A stretch of DNA of 30,764 nucleotides from Promethearchaeota archaeon. GTDB taxonomy: Archaea; Asgardarchaeota; Lokiarchaeia; Sigyniarchaeales; SOKP01. The stretch covers positions 1-30,764 of the forward strand of contig SHMW01000051.1 of assembly GCA_008080735.1 (NCBI GenBank). The letters are read 5' to 3'. This document shows, piece after piece, positions 17,725 to 26,944 of the stretch. Made by a program: the position numbers and the translations under genes. The notes under the pieces were generated by a model, which worked only from the letters and a program-made list of their open reading frames with translations, searched no databases and had not been told where the DNA came from. Each line of letters begins with the position of its first letter. The stretch's first letter is position 1.

Positions 17725-18294
17725 CTAGTCTTTAGTTCTATTTTGTAATCTCTCAATTTCAATATCAATATTTCTTAATCCCAACTTCATCTCTTTTATT
17801 CTCTGTTGCATCAATATTTTTTTAATTTCTAAGCTCCTAATTTTCTCCTCAACATCTTTTAGGTCTTCAACTCCGAAAATCGCATGCTTATTTGGAATAA
17901 AATTTTTCATTTTTTCTATATCTATATCATCAAATAGTTTTATACTCGAAAAGATCATCCTCCTCATCGCCTCTTGCATGTTTTTATACGTTTCAATCAA
18001 AATTTCCAATGCTTTTTCTCCTTCTTGTGTTATCTCGTAGATCTTTTTTTGGCGTCCTTTTTCTTCCTCTCGCAATACAGTTATGAGATTTTTTTCTCCT
18101 AAAGAATCAAGTACATGGTAGATGGTCGATGTGGAGGGATCCCACATCCCTTTAGTACGTCGATTTATTTCTTGAATGATTTTATAACCATAGGAGGGAT
18201 TATCTTTTAATACCAACAAGATTAAATGGCTGATATAGCCTTTTTTCATCTGTTCTCCGAGTCTTCGGGCCTCTTTTTCAACTTTCTCATTCAC
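17725..18294 (-). CDS. PadR-family transcriptional regulator
   Basis: ILLVL...YGYKIIQEI...STIYHVL..L....LI...KKIYEITQEG winged helix with a C-terminal coiled coil. Heads the ABC operon. Confidence 0.9.
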   Translation of the reverse strand: MNEKVEKEARRLGEQMKKGYISHLILLVLKDNPSYGYKIIQEINRRTKGMWDPSTSTIYHVLDSLGEKNLITVLREEEKGRQKKIYEITQEGEKALEILIETYKNMQEAMRRMIFSSIKLFDDIDIEKMKNFIPNKHAIFGVEDLKDVEEKIRSLEIKKILMQQRIKEMKLGLRNIDIEIERLQNRTKD

Positions 18295-18328
18295 GAGTGT
18301 TCGTTTTCTCCTATTGATATGAAATACT

Positions 18329-18358
18329 ATATATCGAAGATAAATATATCTAAGTTAA
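18329..18358. promoter_or_regulatory. Candidate PadR operator (tandem imperfect 15-bp repeat)
   Basis: ATATATCGAAGATAA followed directly by ATATATCTAAGTTAA. Each unit is an imperfect TATATC-N3-GATATA palindrome, 35 bp upstream of padR. Confidence 0.45.
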
Positions 18359-18664
18359 GAGTATTATTATTTTAAAATATAAATCTAAATAAAAAACTTG
18401 TGAATAGCTAGGCTAATCTAACTGATTCTAATATATTTCTCTTTAATATCTTTGAACTTTATGTCATTTTACAAACTTTTATCCCTCGGAAGGTCTGAAA
18501 TGATTTATACATAGAAAGGTAAATCTTCCATCTTCGCATTCTCCCATAATTTATAAAGATATAAGCTATTAGACCAAAAAGAAAGAAATATTAAGTATAA
18601 CAAATGAATGAAATTGTAGATCATGATTATATAATAATAATCAATAACTTGAGATTGACGCAAA

Positions 18665-20005
18665 ATGACAAATGTATATATCGAAGATAGTTCCGATGGT
18701 GTGAAAAAGGCAGCTCACAGAATTATTTCTCAAATAGAAACCACCTCTGGATCACTCCTTAAAGAATCAAAAGAAGTGTATATTAAGCCAAATGGAATCG
18801 ACTTTAAAAAGCATTGTTTTACCTCCCCTGCTCTTGTCGAGGCAGTTATAGAAATATTTTATGAAAAAGGAGCAGAAAAAGTATATGTTATGGAAAATTC
18901 TACTCAGTCCAACGCGACAAGGATCGTCTTTGCTATCAATGGATACAAAGAGGTATGCGACAGAACTGGGGCAGAACCAATATATTTAGATGAGGAAAAG
19001 ACAGAAACATTTACCTTTAAAGGCAAACCTTCTGTTGAAGACGATCCGAACGGTTATATTCTAAAAGAATTCAGACTTCCTCAGACCATCGTTAAAATAA
19101 TGAAGGAGCGGGAAAGGTATACATATATCGATCTTCCCAAGCTAAAAACCCATTCAATGGCAGTGGTCACTCTTGGAATGAAAAACCAATGGGGATTGCC
19201 ACAGCACGCTGATAGAGGAAAAGACCATAATTACAATCTTCATTCTAAACTTGTGGATGTATATGAATATATTAGACCCGATCTTACGATTATTGATGGC
19301 ACAGAAGGAACAATCCACGGTCATTATCCTCCAACCGCGTTTGAGGATGAATTGGTAATCGATTTTAATATTCTGATCGGTGGGACAGATACACTTGCGG
19401 TTGATGTAGTGGGTGCCAGAATTTTCGGGTTATCTCTAACGGACGTTCCTCATTTAAAGATAGCAAATGAAAGAGGTCTGGGACAAGGAGATCTCGAAAA
19501 GATAAATGTGATAGGAAAGGATTTAAGTCAATATGAGAAAACCTATGACTGGGATCTACTTCAAAAATTTCCTGATGATGTAAAGATCGTGAAAGGTGAG
19601 GAATTATTATGTAGAGAGGGATGCCAGAATAACCCTTTAGCGTTATTACAAGTGCTTGCGTATGATTTTGCCGAAAAATTTGAAGGAGGGTTTTTTATCG
19701 TGATGGGAAAGGGATATGACCAAGATCTTGTGAACGAGCTTCGGCAAGAGGGTTATACGAAAGGACTAGTTGCGGGATTCTGTGCCATTGATGAGGTAGG
19801 AGAGAAATTGCGAAATTCGTTTGGAAAAAAAAATGTGCATTTTTCCCATAATTGCAATAATCTTGCAGAAACAGCGACCGCACTATTTAAGCTATCAGGC
19901 GTATCTGCGCTGGACTTAGTGCCAATCTCCACTCTAAAACTTGTATGGCTTCTCATACTTTCGAAAATCAAAGGTTCGAAAGCTTTAACACCGGCAGTTT
20001 TCTAA
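18665..20005 (+). CDS. DUF362 family Fe-S protein
   Basis: YIKPN, DLPKLKTHS..TLGMKNQWG, IIDG..G and D.LAVD, plus C-terminal Cys residues (CREGC, GFCA, HNCNN). Confidence 0.8.
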   Translation: MTNVYIEDSSDGVKKAAHRIISQIETTSGSLLKESKEVYIKPNGIDFKKHCFTSPALVEAVIEIFYEKGAEKVYVMENSTQSNATRIVFAINGYKEVCDRTGAEPIYLDEEKTETFTFKGKPSVEDDPNGYILKEFRLPQTIVKIMKERERYTYIDLPKLKTHSMAVVTLGMKNQWGLPQHADRGKDHNYNLHSKLVDVYEYIRPDLTIIDGTEGTIHGHYPPTAFEDELVIDFNILIGGTDTLAVDVVGARIFGLSLTDVPHLKIANERGLGQGDLEKINVIGKDLSQYEKTYDWDLLQKFPDDVKIVKGEELLCREGCQNNPLALLQVLAYDFAEKFEGGFFIVMGKGYDQDLVNELRQEGYTKGLVAGFCAIDEVGEKLRNSFGKKNVHFSHNCNNLAETATALFKLSGVSALDLVPISTLKLVWLLILSKIKGSKALTPAVF

Positions 20006-20179
20006 CCCTTACCTTTTTTCTCCAATTATTTCTTTAAACAGAGATATTTTTTTCTGAAAACAATATTGTAATTTCAGATTTTAAAAATTTAACTCAAATT
20101 TTTTCACTTAATTCGTGATAATCATTGTCAAATATCCATGAAATGAAAACATTTAATAATATTTAGATCCATTAATTTT

Positions 20180-20926
20180 ATGATGGAAGCAGATTTAACA
20201 TTTAAATTTGATCAAATAAAACGATTTCTGTCAATTCCCGAAGATAACAAAGACCTAGAATCCATCTTCCATGATTGGTCAAAATCGGAAGATTTTAAAT
20301 TGGAATTACTTGAAAAGGTGCTTAATTTTATCTATCACTTCGCAATGTTTAAAGAAATTAAGCCCTTTATGAAATCGCTCTTTCTTACCATCAAAAAAAC
20401 TTTTGAATTTAAAACTGAATCCATCAAAGATTTTGAGCAATTACTCATCAAGAATTCGCTCATGCGCTTTATTCAAGAATACATCACCTACTCTAAGCTC
20501 TCACAGAAAGAAAAAGTATTAGATTATCTCACAGGCTCTCTAGAGCGCCTCCAGCTCCAGCCGCTCATCATCAATCTGGGATTATTAATCAAACCCATGT
20601 ATGAGGATAAGGAGTATGTTAAAAAGATTGAAGGATATGAAGAGGTCGAGGTTACTTACGTTCTTAATGATGATGAAGAAATTAACATCAAAAAATCCAT
20701 CGATAAATGGTTAGAATCCCAACATATCTCACTAAGTCGACAAGATGAGCTGCAAACTGACTTACAAACACAATTTGATACACTCATAGAGGAATGCGGA
20801 TTGAATAAAGACTCAAAGAAGTGTAAAAAATTGTGGACCGAAGTATGCGAAATGCTTAATATGAAATTGACGGTGATTAGTTTGATGGAATCAATCCCAG
20901 AAGAAGAAGCGATAGGAATCAAGTAA
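20180..20926 (+). CDS. Hypothetical soluble, predominantly helical protein
   Basis: 248-aa ORF with composition like neighbouring genes; no motif recognised. Confidence 0.7.
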   Translation: MMEADLTFKFDQIKRFLSIPEDNKDLESIFHDWSKSEDFKLELLEKVLNFIYHFAMFKEIKPFMKSLFLTIKKTFEFKTESIKDFEQLLIKNSLMRFIQEYITYSKLSQKEKVLDYLTGSLERLQLQPLIINLGLLIKPMYEDKEYVKKIEGYEEVEVTYVLNDDEEINIKKSIDKWLESQHISLSRQDELQTDLQTQFDTLIEECGLNKDSKKCKKLWTEVCEMLNMKLTVISLMESIPEEEAIGIK

Positions 20927-21003
20927 AAGGAATTTATTTTCATTGATACCTTATAAGTGGTGATATTTTCAATCCGTTAGATCTCTCATCGCTCTCGATT
21001 GAT

Positions 21004-21537
21004 TTATAAATCCAGATCTTTATAGAAAAATTTTGAGAGATCCGAATTATTCAGGTTCTTTTTGTAGCTCAATATTTCTTTGTCAATAATTCCGTTAAAA
21101 TGATTGATCTTATATTCAAACCGCCCATAAAAGTCTTCTAAAAGATTCTGAAGTATCGTCCGTTCAATAACGAGATTTGTCTTTTTGGTAAATCCTATCA
21201 CCATTAATCTTCCGCGGCGTTCATATAGGATTCGAGAATCTTTAAAATTAATTTCGCGTATTTCCTCCTCTGCATCCTCGTTATGATTTATTTCATTGAT
21301 AAAAAGGTTCAACGCATTTAAAAAACTCCCGATTAGATCTTCATTGGTTTCACAGAATTTAGACTGATCCGTGTATTTATTACTTAACAGTAAGGAACCC
21401 GTTAAATAATCTATAAAGTAGATTGCATGAAAACGTCCATTCGTATGATTCATTTGTTTCATTTGGCTCACATCAAATCCAAACAACCCCTTTCTGTATG
21501 GTTCATCAGAATCGGAAATATCTTTTTTGAATGCCAT
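21004..21537 (-). CDS. Longin-like domain protein (Asgard eukaryotic-signature type)
   Basis: Pattern AIYFID..GSLLLS...DLIGSFLNALNLFINEI...IREINF....ILYE....LMVIG...ILQNLLEDFY.RF, i.e. beta-beta-alpha-beta-beta-beta-alpha-alpha. Confidence 0.65.
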   Translation of the reverse strand: MAFKKDISDSDEPYRKGLFGFDVSQMKQMNHTNGRFHAIYFIDYLTGSLLLSNKYTDQSKFCETNEDLIGSFLNALNLFINEINHNEDAEEEIREINFKDSRILYERRGRLMVIGFTKKTNLVIERTILQNLLEDFYGRFEYKINHFNGIIDKEILSYKKNLNNSDLSKFFYKDLDL

Positions 21538-21807
21538 AGTAATTCAAATTTTTAAGAATTATGAGGAAAATCTTCCTATCTCAGTTATATAATCAAAATG
21601 AGATTGGTATAAAAAATATGAATATTATGTTTATGTTACACTGGAAATATTTTCTAATTTCTGATTAATTCAAGTCCCATTTTAATAATGACCTCCTATT
21701 TGGGGGGTTTTAAGAAAAAAAATTGAGACACTTATAAAAAAAAAATTAAATTAAAATTATATCGCGTTCTTAATAATACTTAATTAGTTCTAGAAATTCG
21801 ATAAAAA

Positions 21808-22269
21808 ATGGAATCTGAGAAAAGTAAGGACGCACAGAAAAATAAAATTTCTGTAGGGTTAATAATCGATAAAGAGGAACTCCAATCGAATGTCATATTT
21901 CCCGGTGAGATTAAAGAGGAAGTCATGGATGCTCCCTTTTACTTATTGATATTCATTTCACGAGAGGATGTGGTTAAAATTAGTTGCTTTCCCAGTACTA
22001 CCAATAATATTAAGAAGATTCTCATCAAATTGGAAGAATTCTCACCAAACCTTGTGAAGGGTATTTCAAGTGTATTAAGAGAATTAAATTTGAGCAAGGA
22101 TGTCCTTCACACCACAGGATTATGCTATGAATTGAGCGATTGTTATTATGAATCCTTTATTACCGGAGATGGGATGGATTCGGAAGACATCGAAGAAATT
22201 AAACGCGCGTTTATGGCAATTGAAAAAGTAAATGACGTTATTTTTGAAGAGGTTGAATTACTCTCATAA
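21808..22269 (+). CDS. ACT-like domain protein, possibly with an AbrB-like N-terminus
   Basis: C-terminal half I.L...PNLVKGISSVL.E...VLHTTGLC....CYYE...IEEIK..F..IEKV.DV fits the ACT fold. The N-terminal IIDK...VIFPGEIKEEV weakly recalls AbrB. Confidence 0.5.
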   Translation: MESEKSKDAQKNKISVGLIIDKEELQSNVIFPGEIKEEVMDAPFYLLIFISREDVVKISCFPSTTNNIKKILIKLEEFSPNLVKGISSVLRELNLSKDVLHTTGLCYELSDCYYESFITGDGMDSEDIEEIKRAFMAIEKVNDVIFEEVELLS

Positions 22270-22292
22270 TTATTTTTTCCCTTCTTTTTGTA
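22270..22292 (+). terminator. Oligo(T)-rich archaeal-type terminator
   Basis: TTATTTTTTCCCTTCTTTTTG immediately after the stop codon. Confidence 0.4.
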
Positions 22293-22357
22293 TGATTTGC
22301 CACTGAAAATAGAAAATTATTTTGTAGTTGGTGCCGTGATAATTATGATATTAACCT

Positions 22358-22756
22358 CTATTCTGATACCATTTCGATAGATTTGAGGCTTCTCCAAGCC
22401 TTCCAAAAGATAATCCATAATATCGCAAAAATAAAAAGCGTGGTTGCAAATGTGTAGCCTCCAATAAAAAGCTCTTCTATGATGGCGAAGGGGATCCCTG
22501 CTGTTGCAAATCCAAGAATATATCCATACCCCCAGAGGCGATTTTTTAAACCGATTCCGATGGTAGGGATAATCGTGGTAAATATGATCGTAAAATACCA
22601 AAAGATCTTTAATTGTTCATGGATATTGGCACTCTGCGCATCATGGATGAGTACCATATTGATCCATGAGGTAATGAATCCAATAATCGCGAATACTCCA
22701 GTTCCAATATCCAGTTTAAATTCGGGCTCTATATTTTGGTCTTGGTCTTCTTTCAT
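22358..22756 (-). CDS. Small integral membrane protein (about 4 TM), function unknown
   Basis: Four hydrophobic stretches in 132 aa, with charged termini. Confidence 0.7.
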   Translation of the reverse strand: MKEDQDQNIEPEFKLDIGTGVFAIIGFITSWINMVLIHDAQSANIHEQLKIFWYFTIIFTTIIPTIGIGLKNRLWGYGYILGFATAGIPFAIIEELFIGGYTFATTLFIFAILWIIFWKAWRSLKSIEMVSE

Positions 22757-22983
22757 TCTCTTATTCGTTCTCCACTCAGCTACAATTCATACTATACTCG
22801 ATATCCTAATAAATTTCTCATTTTTTTTACAGAGAAAATACCCTTGAGCTATTTCAATAAATATAAATATGTGATAGTTTTTATTATTAATAATAAGATA
22901 AAGATTAAATTTGATTAAATCTTTTATAATCCACTTAAAGAAGTCAATAAATCAAAAATAGGGATTAAAATAATAAAAAACCA

Positions 22984-23129
22984 TGGCTCTCAGTTCACAC
23001 CCTGGATTTTTGTCTTTTGGTTAGTGTAGAATATACACTTAGTTTCTCAGCGTAATGCTGAGATGATTCGCCCTCCTCCCCCTATTTTATTTTTGACCTT
23101 GTCTTTAGGTCTCCGTGGCTGAGAGCCAC
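22984..23129. ncRNA. Putative structured RNA element of unknown family
   Basis: Perfect 10-bp closing inverted repeat (TGGCTCTCAG 22984-22993 / CTGAGAGCCA 23119-23128) enclosing three hairpins. Higher GC than the surrounding AT-rich intergenic DNA. Confidence 0.45.
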
Positions 23130-23315
23130 CTTTTCTCTTATCATCTTCTATTCCTTTTATTTTCATCTCAATTTTCGTTTTAATAATTCGAAAGCTGCAG
23201 AAATATCCTATCTGATACCGAATCCCTTAAGTGAAAAATTGGATTCCTAAGGATTTTTAAATGTTTATAAAAATTCTCTCTAGAAATATGAGAACTTATT
23301 TAGAGGTCAAACCAT

Positions 23316-24176
23316 ATGAAAGGAAAATCATTAATTGAAGTTAGCCTCGTTTTTCTTGCGACACAGATCCTAAGCTGGATATTGAAACCCCTACAATTTT
23401 TTCGAGACGAAATCGCTATTCTGGGGTGGAGCTATACAAGCGGACTCATCTCTATGATAATTACATTCCTGGTCATCTATCTTTCTACATCAAATTTTAA
23501 AGAAAACGGTTTTACAAAAGAGGGATGGAAATTTGCGCTGGATATAGGTTTTACAGGATGGTTAGTATGGGTTATCCCGATCGCTGCCTTGCTCCTTTTA
23601 CAATTAACTTACACTAAACTTTTAGACAGTCTCATAATCTCGGCCTTTGTATTCCTAGCGATCTTTTTATTACTTTTAATAACCAAAGATAAAGATCGAG
23701 GAAAAGTGGAGTCGAATAAGCAAAAAGCATTACTTAATATAGTATTATTGACTCTCTTGTTGTTAATGCCCATATTTTTCGGATTATATCTACAAAAATC
23801 TCCGAATACCTTGCTTAAAGTAGTATCGACAGTAATTTGGCAATTCATCTTTTCTGGATTTGGTGAGGAATTTCGCTATCGAGGATATTATCAGCCGAGA
23901 GTCAATATGGAGTACGGAACACCGTACACACTACTTAATGTGAATTATGGGATTGGTTTATTGGTTGCTGCAGCGCTTTTTGGTCTCTCTCACGTGTTTA
24001 ATCCGTTTAGTCCTTTTGAAGGAGTCTTTGAACTTAATTGGGGGTGGGGGGTTTGGACATTTGCCGCAGGACTGTTTTTCGGATTAATCAAAGAGAAGAC
24101 GCAAAATATTATCGCACCCGGCATAGCTCACGGCTCTGACGCATTTGGAGAAGCCTTGGGGGTATTATTTGGTTAA
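23316..24176 (+). CDS. CPBP / type II CAAX (Abi) intramembrane metalloprotease
   Basis: GEEFRYRG (EExxxR), FGLSH (FxxxH), IAH and multiple TM segments. GAGGT SD and upstream TTTATAAA. Confidence 0.9.
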   Translation: MKGKSLIEVSLVFLATQILSWILKPLQFFRDEIAILGWSYTSGLISMIITFLVIYLSTSNFKENGFTKEGWKFALDIGFTGWLVWVIPIAALLLLQLTYTKLLDSLIISAFVFLAIFLLLLITKDKDRGKVESNKQKALLNIVLLTLLLLMPIFFGLYLQKSPNTLLKVVSTVIWQFIFSGFGEEFRYRGYYQPRVNMEYGTPYTLLNVNYGIGLLVAAALFGLSHVFNPFSPFEGVFELNWGWGVWTFAAGLFFGLIKEKTQNIIAPGIAHGSDAFGEALGVLFG

Positions 24177-24179
24177 TCA

Positions 24180-24220
24180 TTTAATCTTTTTTCGTTTCTT
24201 TATCATTTTCTTCTTTATTA
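24180..24220 (+). terminator. Oligo(T)-rich terminator
   Basis: Pyrimidine/T-rich tract directly after the CPBP stop codon. Confidence 0.4.
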
Positions 24221-24385
24221 TGGCCACTAAATAGAGAGAAAGAAGATTTCAGATTTTCAAATTAGATTAGTATATTACTATACAAAAAATGCAAGGTTTT
24301 TCGAATAGTATAGTGTAGATATCCCTTGGAGAGTCAAAAAAAATAGAAATAGATGGATATTTATTAAGAACTAAAATAGAAATGC

Positions 24386-24817
24386 CTAGCTACCAAGAAA
24401 GACGCCACCTGTTATCATAAGGATAACGGGAATCAAGATTAATGCGATGAGCATTCCGATATTAATCCCAGGTTCCAACACGGATTCCCAGACCTTTTCT
24501 GGATTATAATATGCCGTGAGTGCTTCGCCGGGCGCATACTTTTTTTTAAGCTCCCGTTTTTTTGACTGATAATTGACCAGTTTATCCTCTCCAGAATAGA
24601 TCGAGTCGCCCAATTGATATTCATAGCGGAGCTCAATTCTATAATATTTTTGATTATCATCATATTGCTTTTTCAAGCGCATATCAATAATTTCCCCCTC
24701 AACAGAGGGCCAATCTTTACTCTTCATAAGGTCTTGAATTCTATAAAAGGAGAAGACCAATACTAAAGCTCCAATCACCAGTAAAATAACCCCGACGAGT
24801 ATATTTAAAAGACTCAT
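24386..24817 (-). CDS. DUF3592 family membrane protein
   Basis: N-terminal TM, SKDWPSVEGEI, YEYQLG...Y.G, YYNPEK..ESVL and a C-terminal TM. Confidence 0.8.
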   Translation of the reverse strand: MSLLNILVGVILLVIGALVLVFSFYRIQDLMKSKDWPSVEGEIIDMRLKKQYDDNQKYYRIELRYEYQLGDSIYSGEDKLVNYQSKKRELKKKYAPGEALTAYYNPEKVWESVLEPGINIGMLIALILIPVILMITGGVFLGS

Positions 24818-25120
24818 AGGAAAATAAAGAAGGGATCTTATTTGTTATTAACGAAAGTGTAAATAATACTTCTTTTCCTCAGATTTTTGAAAAAGGTTCA
24901 TTTTATTTATAAAATAGAATATTATAAAATATTTTAATAGAGAAAAATAGGTTAATAATGGAAAAGAACGGATTTTATAAGCTTTTTTGTTAGAATTTCA
25001 AATTAAATAATATTCTTATTGATATTAAAAAATATTTAAAAGATTTAATCAATAATTGGTTAAACGAATTTTTAATTAAATATATTATTTTCGAAACAAA
25101 CTACAAATGGAGTTAACACA

Positions 25121-26821
25121 ATGACCGAAGAAATAATTAGAACGACGACTTCGCTTTGTCCAGAATGCCTCCACCAAATTCCCGCAGAAATCTATGTGGA
25201 TCCCGAGACTAACTGGGTGATGATGAGAAAGGAATGTAAAGATCACGGCGAATTCAAAGATAAAATTTCTATTAATCCAGACGAATACAAATGGTCGCAG
25301 GAATTTACCAAAAAGATGGGTTCAGTGGAAAATAATACGACAAAACCAGTGTATGTTTCATCCGGAATTAAATCTACCAAAAAAGGGTGTCCTTATGATT
25401 GTGGAATCTGCGAAAATCATAAGTCCGCTCCGTGTATCTGCTTGATTGATGTGACGAACCGGTGTAATCTGGCGTGTCCTATATGCTTCGCTAATGCGTC
25501 TGCTAAAGGATATATAGTCGAGCCAAGTTTTGACCAGATAGTCCAGATCATGAAACATTTCCGTTCCATGAAACCTCATCCCGCCCCTATGCTCCAATTA
25601 GCGGGTGGAGAACCAACGGTACGCGATGATTTACCTGAAATTATCCGTACGGGGAAAGAACTTGGCTTCATTGAAGTGATGGTATCCACCAACGGAGTCC
25701 GGATGGGGAAATCACTTGAATATACAAAGGCGTTACATGATGCTGGGGTGGATGCAATTTATTTGCAATTTGATGCAACTGATGATCCGGAAACATGGAA
25801 AAAAATCCGTGGTGTGAACCTTTGGCCGTTAAAAAAGAAAGTCATTGAAAACTGCCGTAAGGTGGGACAATATGGTGTGATGCTTGTTCCTACTGTTGCC
25901 AAGGGAGTAAATGACCATGAAGTTGGTGAAATTTTAGAATTCGCGAAAGAAAATGCGGATGTAGTTTCTGGTGTTGTATTTCAACCTGTTTCTCTATGCG
26001 GTCGAATCAGTTTTGAGGAATTGATGGACTTACGTTATACTACATCCGATTTGAAGGTCGCAATCAATAAACACACAAATGGCGCGGTAAATCGATTTTA
26101 TCCATTAGCAACGACGGGAAAACTGACCAAATTACTCGCGTGGTTTGACAGTAAACCGGAATGGGCAATGCTAAGTCATAAAGATTGTGGATTTGCGACA
26201 ATCTGTGTAATTAATGATAAAGGCGAATGGGAACCGATAGAGAATTTCTTTGATGTAGAGGGATTAATTAAATGGACCAATAAAGTCTATAATATGGTGT
26301 ACGAGAAAGATGTACCCAAACCAACCGGCTTTTTAAAAGGCATTGATTTATCCAAGTATGGGATACTGGCCGAAAAGGTTGGAAATTTTGTCGATGATAT
26401 GAGCGATTTGGGGTATCGCCAATCAATGAAAGCCTACTTTTTTGCCGGTTTGGTGAAGTATGTGAAGAATCCCCAGAAAATTTTTACCAGCAAGACTTAT
26501 CAATCCTTCGCAAAGCTAGTCTTCAACCCTAGCCTTGAAACCGCGGGCAACTTTTTACATACCAAGAATTTGATGATTGGAGCGATGCATTTCCAAGACG
26601 CATATAACTTCGATCTCAATAGAGTGCAACACTGTCTTGTTCATTATGGGGTAATCGATCCAAATGATCCTGAGAGAGTGCTTGAAGTTCCCTTCTGTGC
26701 TATGAATACCGTTCACCGTGAAAATATTGAACGCCAGCTTGCCTTGCAAGATGAAGAGGCAGAAAAGCCAGAAGTTATCCAAGGAAAAATTGAATCATAC
26801 TTAGATTCTATTGAAGAGTAA
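25121..26821 (+). CDS. tes: Tetraether lipid synthase Tes / GDGT-MAS (MJ0619-like radical SAM enzyme)
   Basis: N-terminal rubredoxin-like SLCPEC..KECKDHG, auxiliary CPYDCGICENH, radical SAM TNRCNLACPICFANA, GGEPT, YLQFD, FQPVS, and C-terminal HKDCG..MHFQDAYNFD..CLVHY..PFC. Confidence 0.85.
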   Translation: MTEEIIRTTTSLCPECLHQIPAEIYVDPETNWVMMRKECKDHGEFKDKISINPDEYKWSQEFTKKMGSVENNTTKPVYVSSGIKSTKKGCPYDCGICENHKSAPCICLIDVTNRCNLACPICFANASAKGYIVEPSFDQIVQIMKHFRSMKPHPAPMLQLAGGEPTVRDDLPEIIRTGKELGFIEVMVSTNGVRMGKSLEYTKALHDAGVDAIYLQFDATDDPETWKKIRGVNLWPLKKKVIENCRKVGQYGVMLVPTVAKGVNDHEVGEILEFAKENADVVSGVVFQPVSLCGRISFEELMDLRYTTSDLKVAINKHTNGAVNRFYPLATTGKLTKLLAWFDSKPEWAMLSHKDCGFATICVINDKGEWEPIENFFDVEGLIKWTNKVYNMVYEKDVPKPTGFLKGIDLSKYGILAEKVGNFVDDMSDLGYRQSMKAYFFAGLVKYVKNPQKIFTSKTYQSFAKLVFNPSLETAGNFLHTKNLMIGAMHFQDAYNFDLNRVQHCLVHYGVIDPNDPERVLEVPFCAMNTVHRENIERQLALQDEEAEKPEVIQGKIESYLDSIEE

Positions 26822-26827
26822 ATCCAA

Positions 26828-26882
26828 ATCCTTTTTACTCTACTATTAGAGTTTTTTTCTTATTCCTTTTTATCTTTTAATT
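26828..26882 (+). terminator. Oligo(T)-rich terminator
   Basis: Several T5-T7 runs after the tes stop codon. Confidence 0.4.
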
Positions 26883-26944
26883 TAATCTGGGAGCAAATGT
26901 CATATTTGAGCTTGCTATATCAGATATATCAGAAAGTAAATCAC

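Noticed and set aside
21691-21712. Hairpin ACCTCC-TATTT-GGGGGG-TTTT
   Set aside because: Short, dependent on G-U pairs and located between divergent genes, so not supportable as a terminator.
22736-22918. 60-aa plus-strand ORF
   Set aside because: It lies in very AT-rich intergenic DNA, overlaps the start and promoter of the minus-strand gene, and has an I/F/K/N-biased composition.
22984-23129. TPP, glycine or c-di-AMP riboswitch, tRNA, or SECIS element
   Set aside because: GCTGAGA and CTCTCAG are present, but the other conserved cores (e.g. CCTGAT of TPP) are missing. There is no T-loop or anticodon geometry, and no adjacent gene has an in-frame UGA.
23047-23166. 39-aa minus-strand ORF (MKIKGIEDDKRKGGSQ...)
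   Set aside because: Low-complexity product of purine-rich sequence with no recognisable motif; the stems are better explained as nucleic-acid structure.
26915-26932. Direct repeat TATATCAGA x2
   Set aside because: Only two 9-bp copies between convergent genes; plausible by chance in AT-rich DNA.
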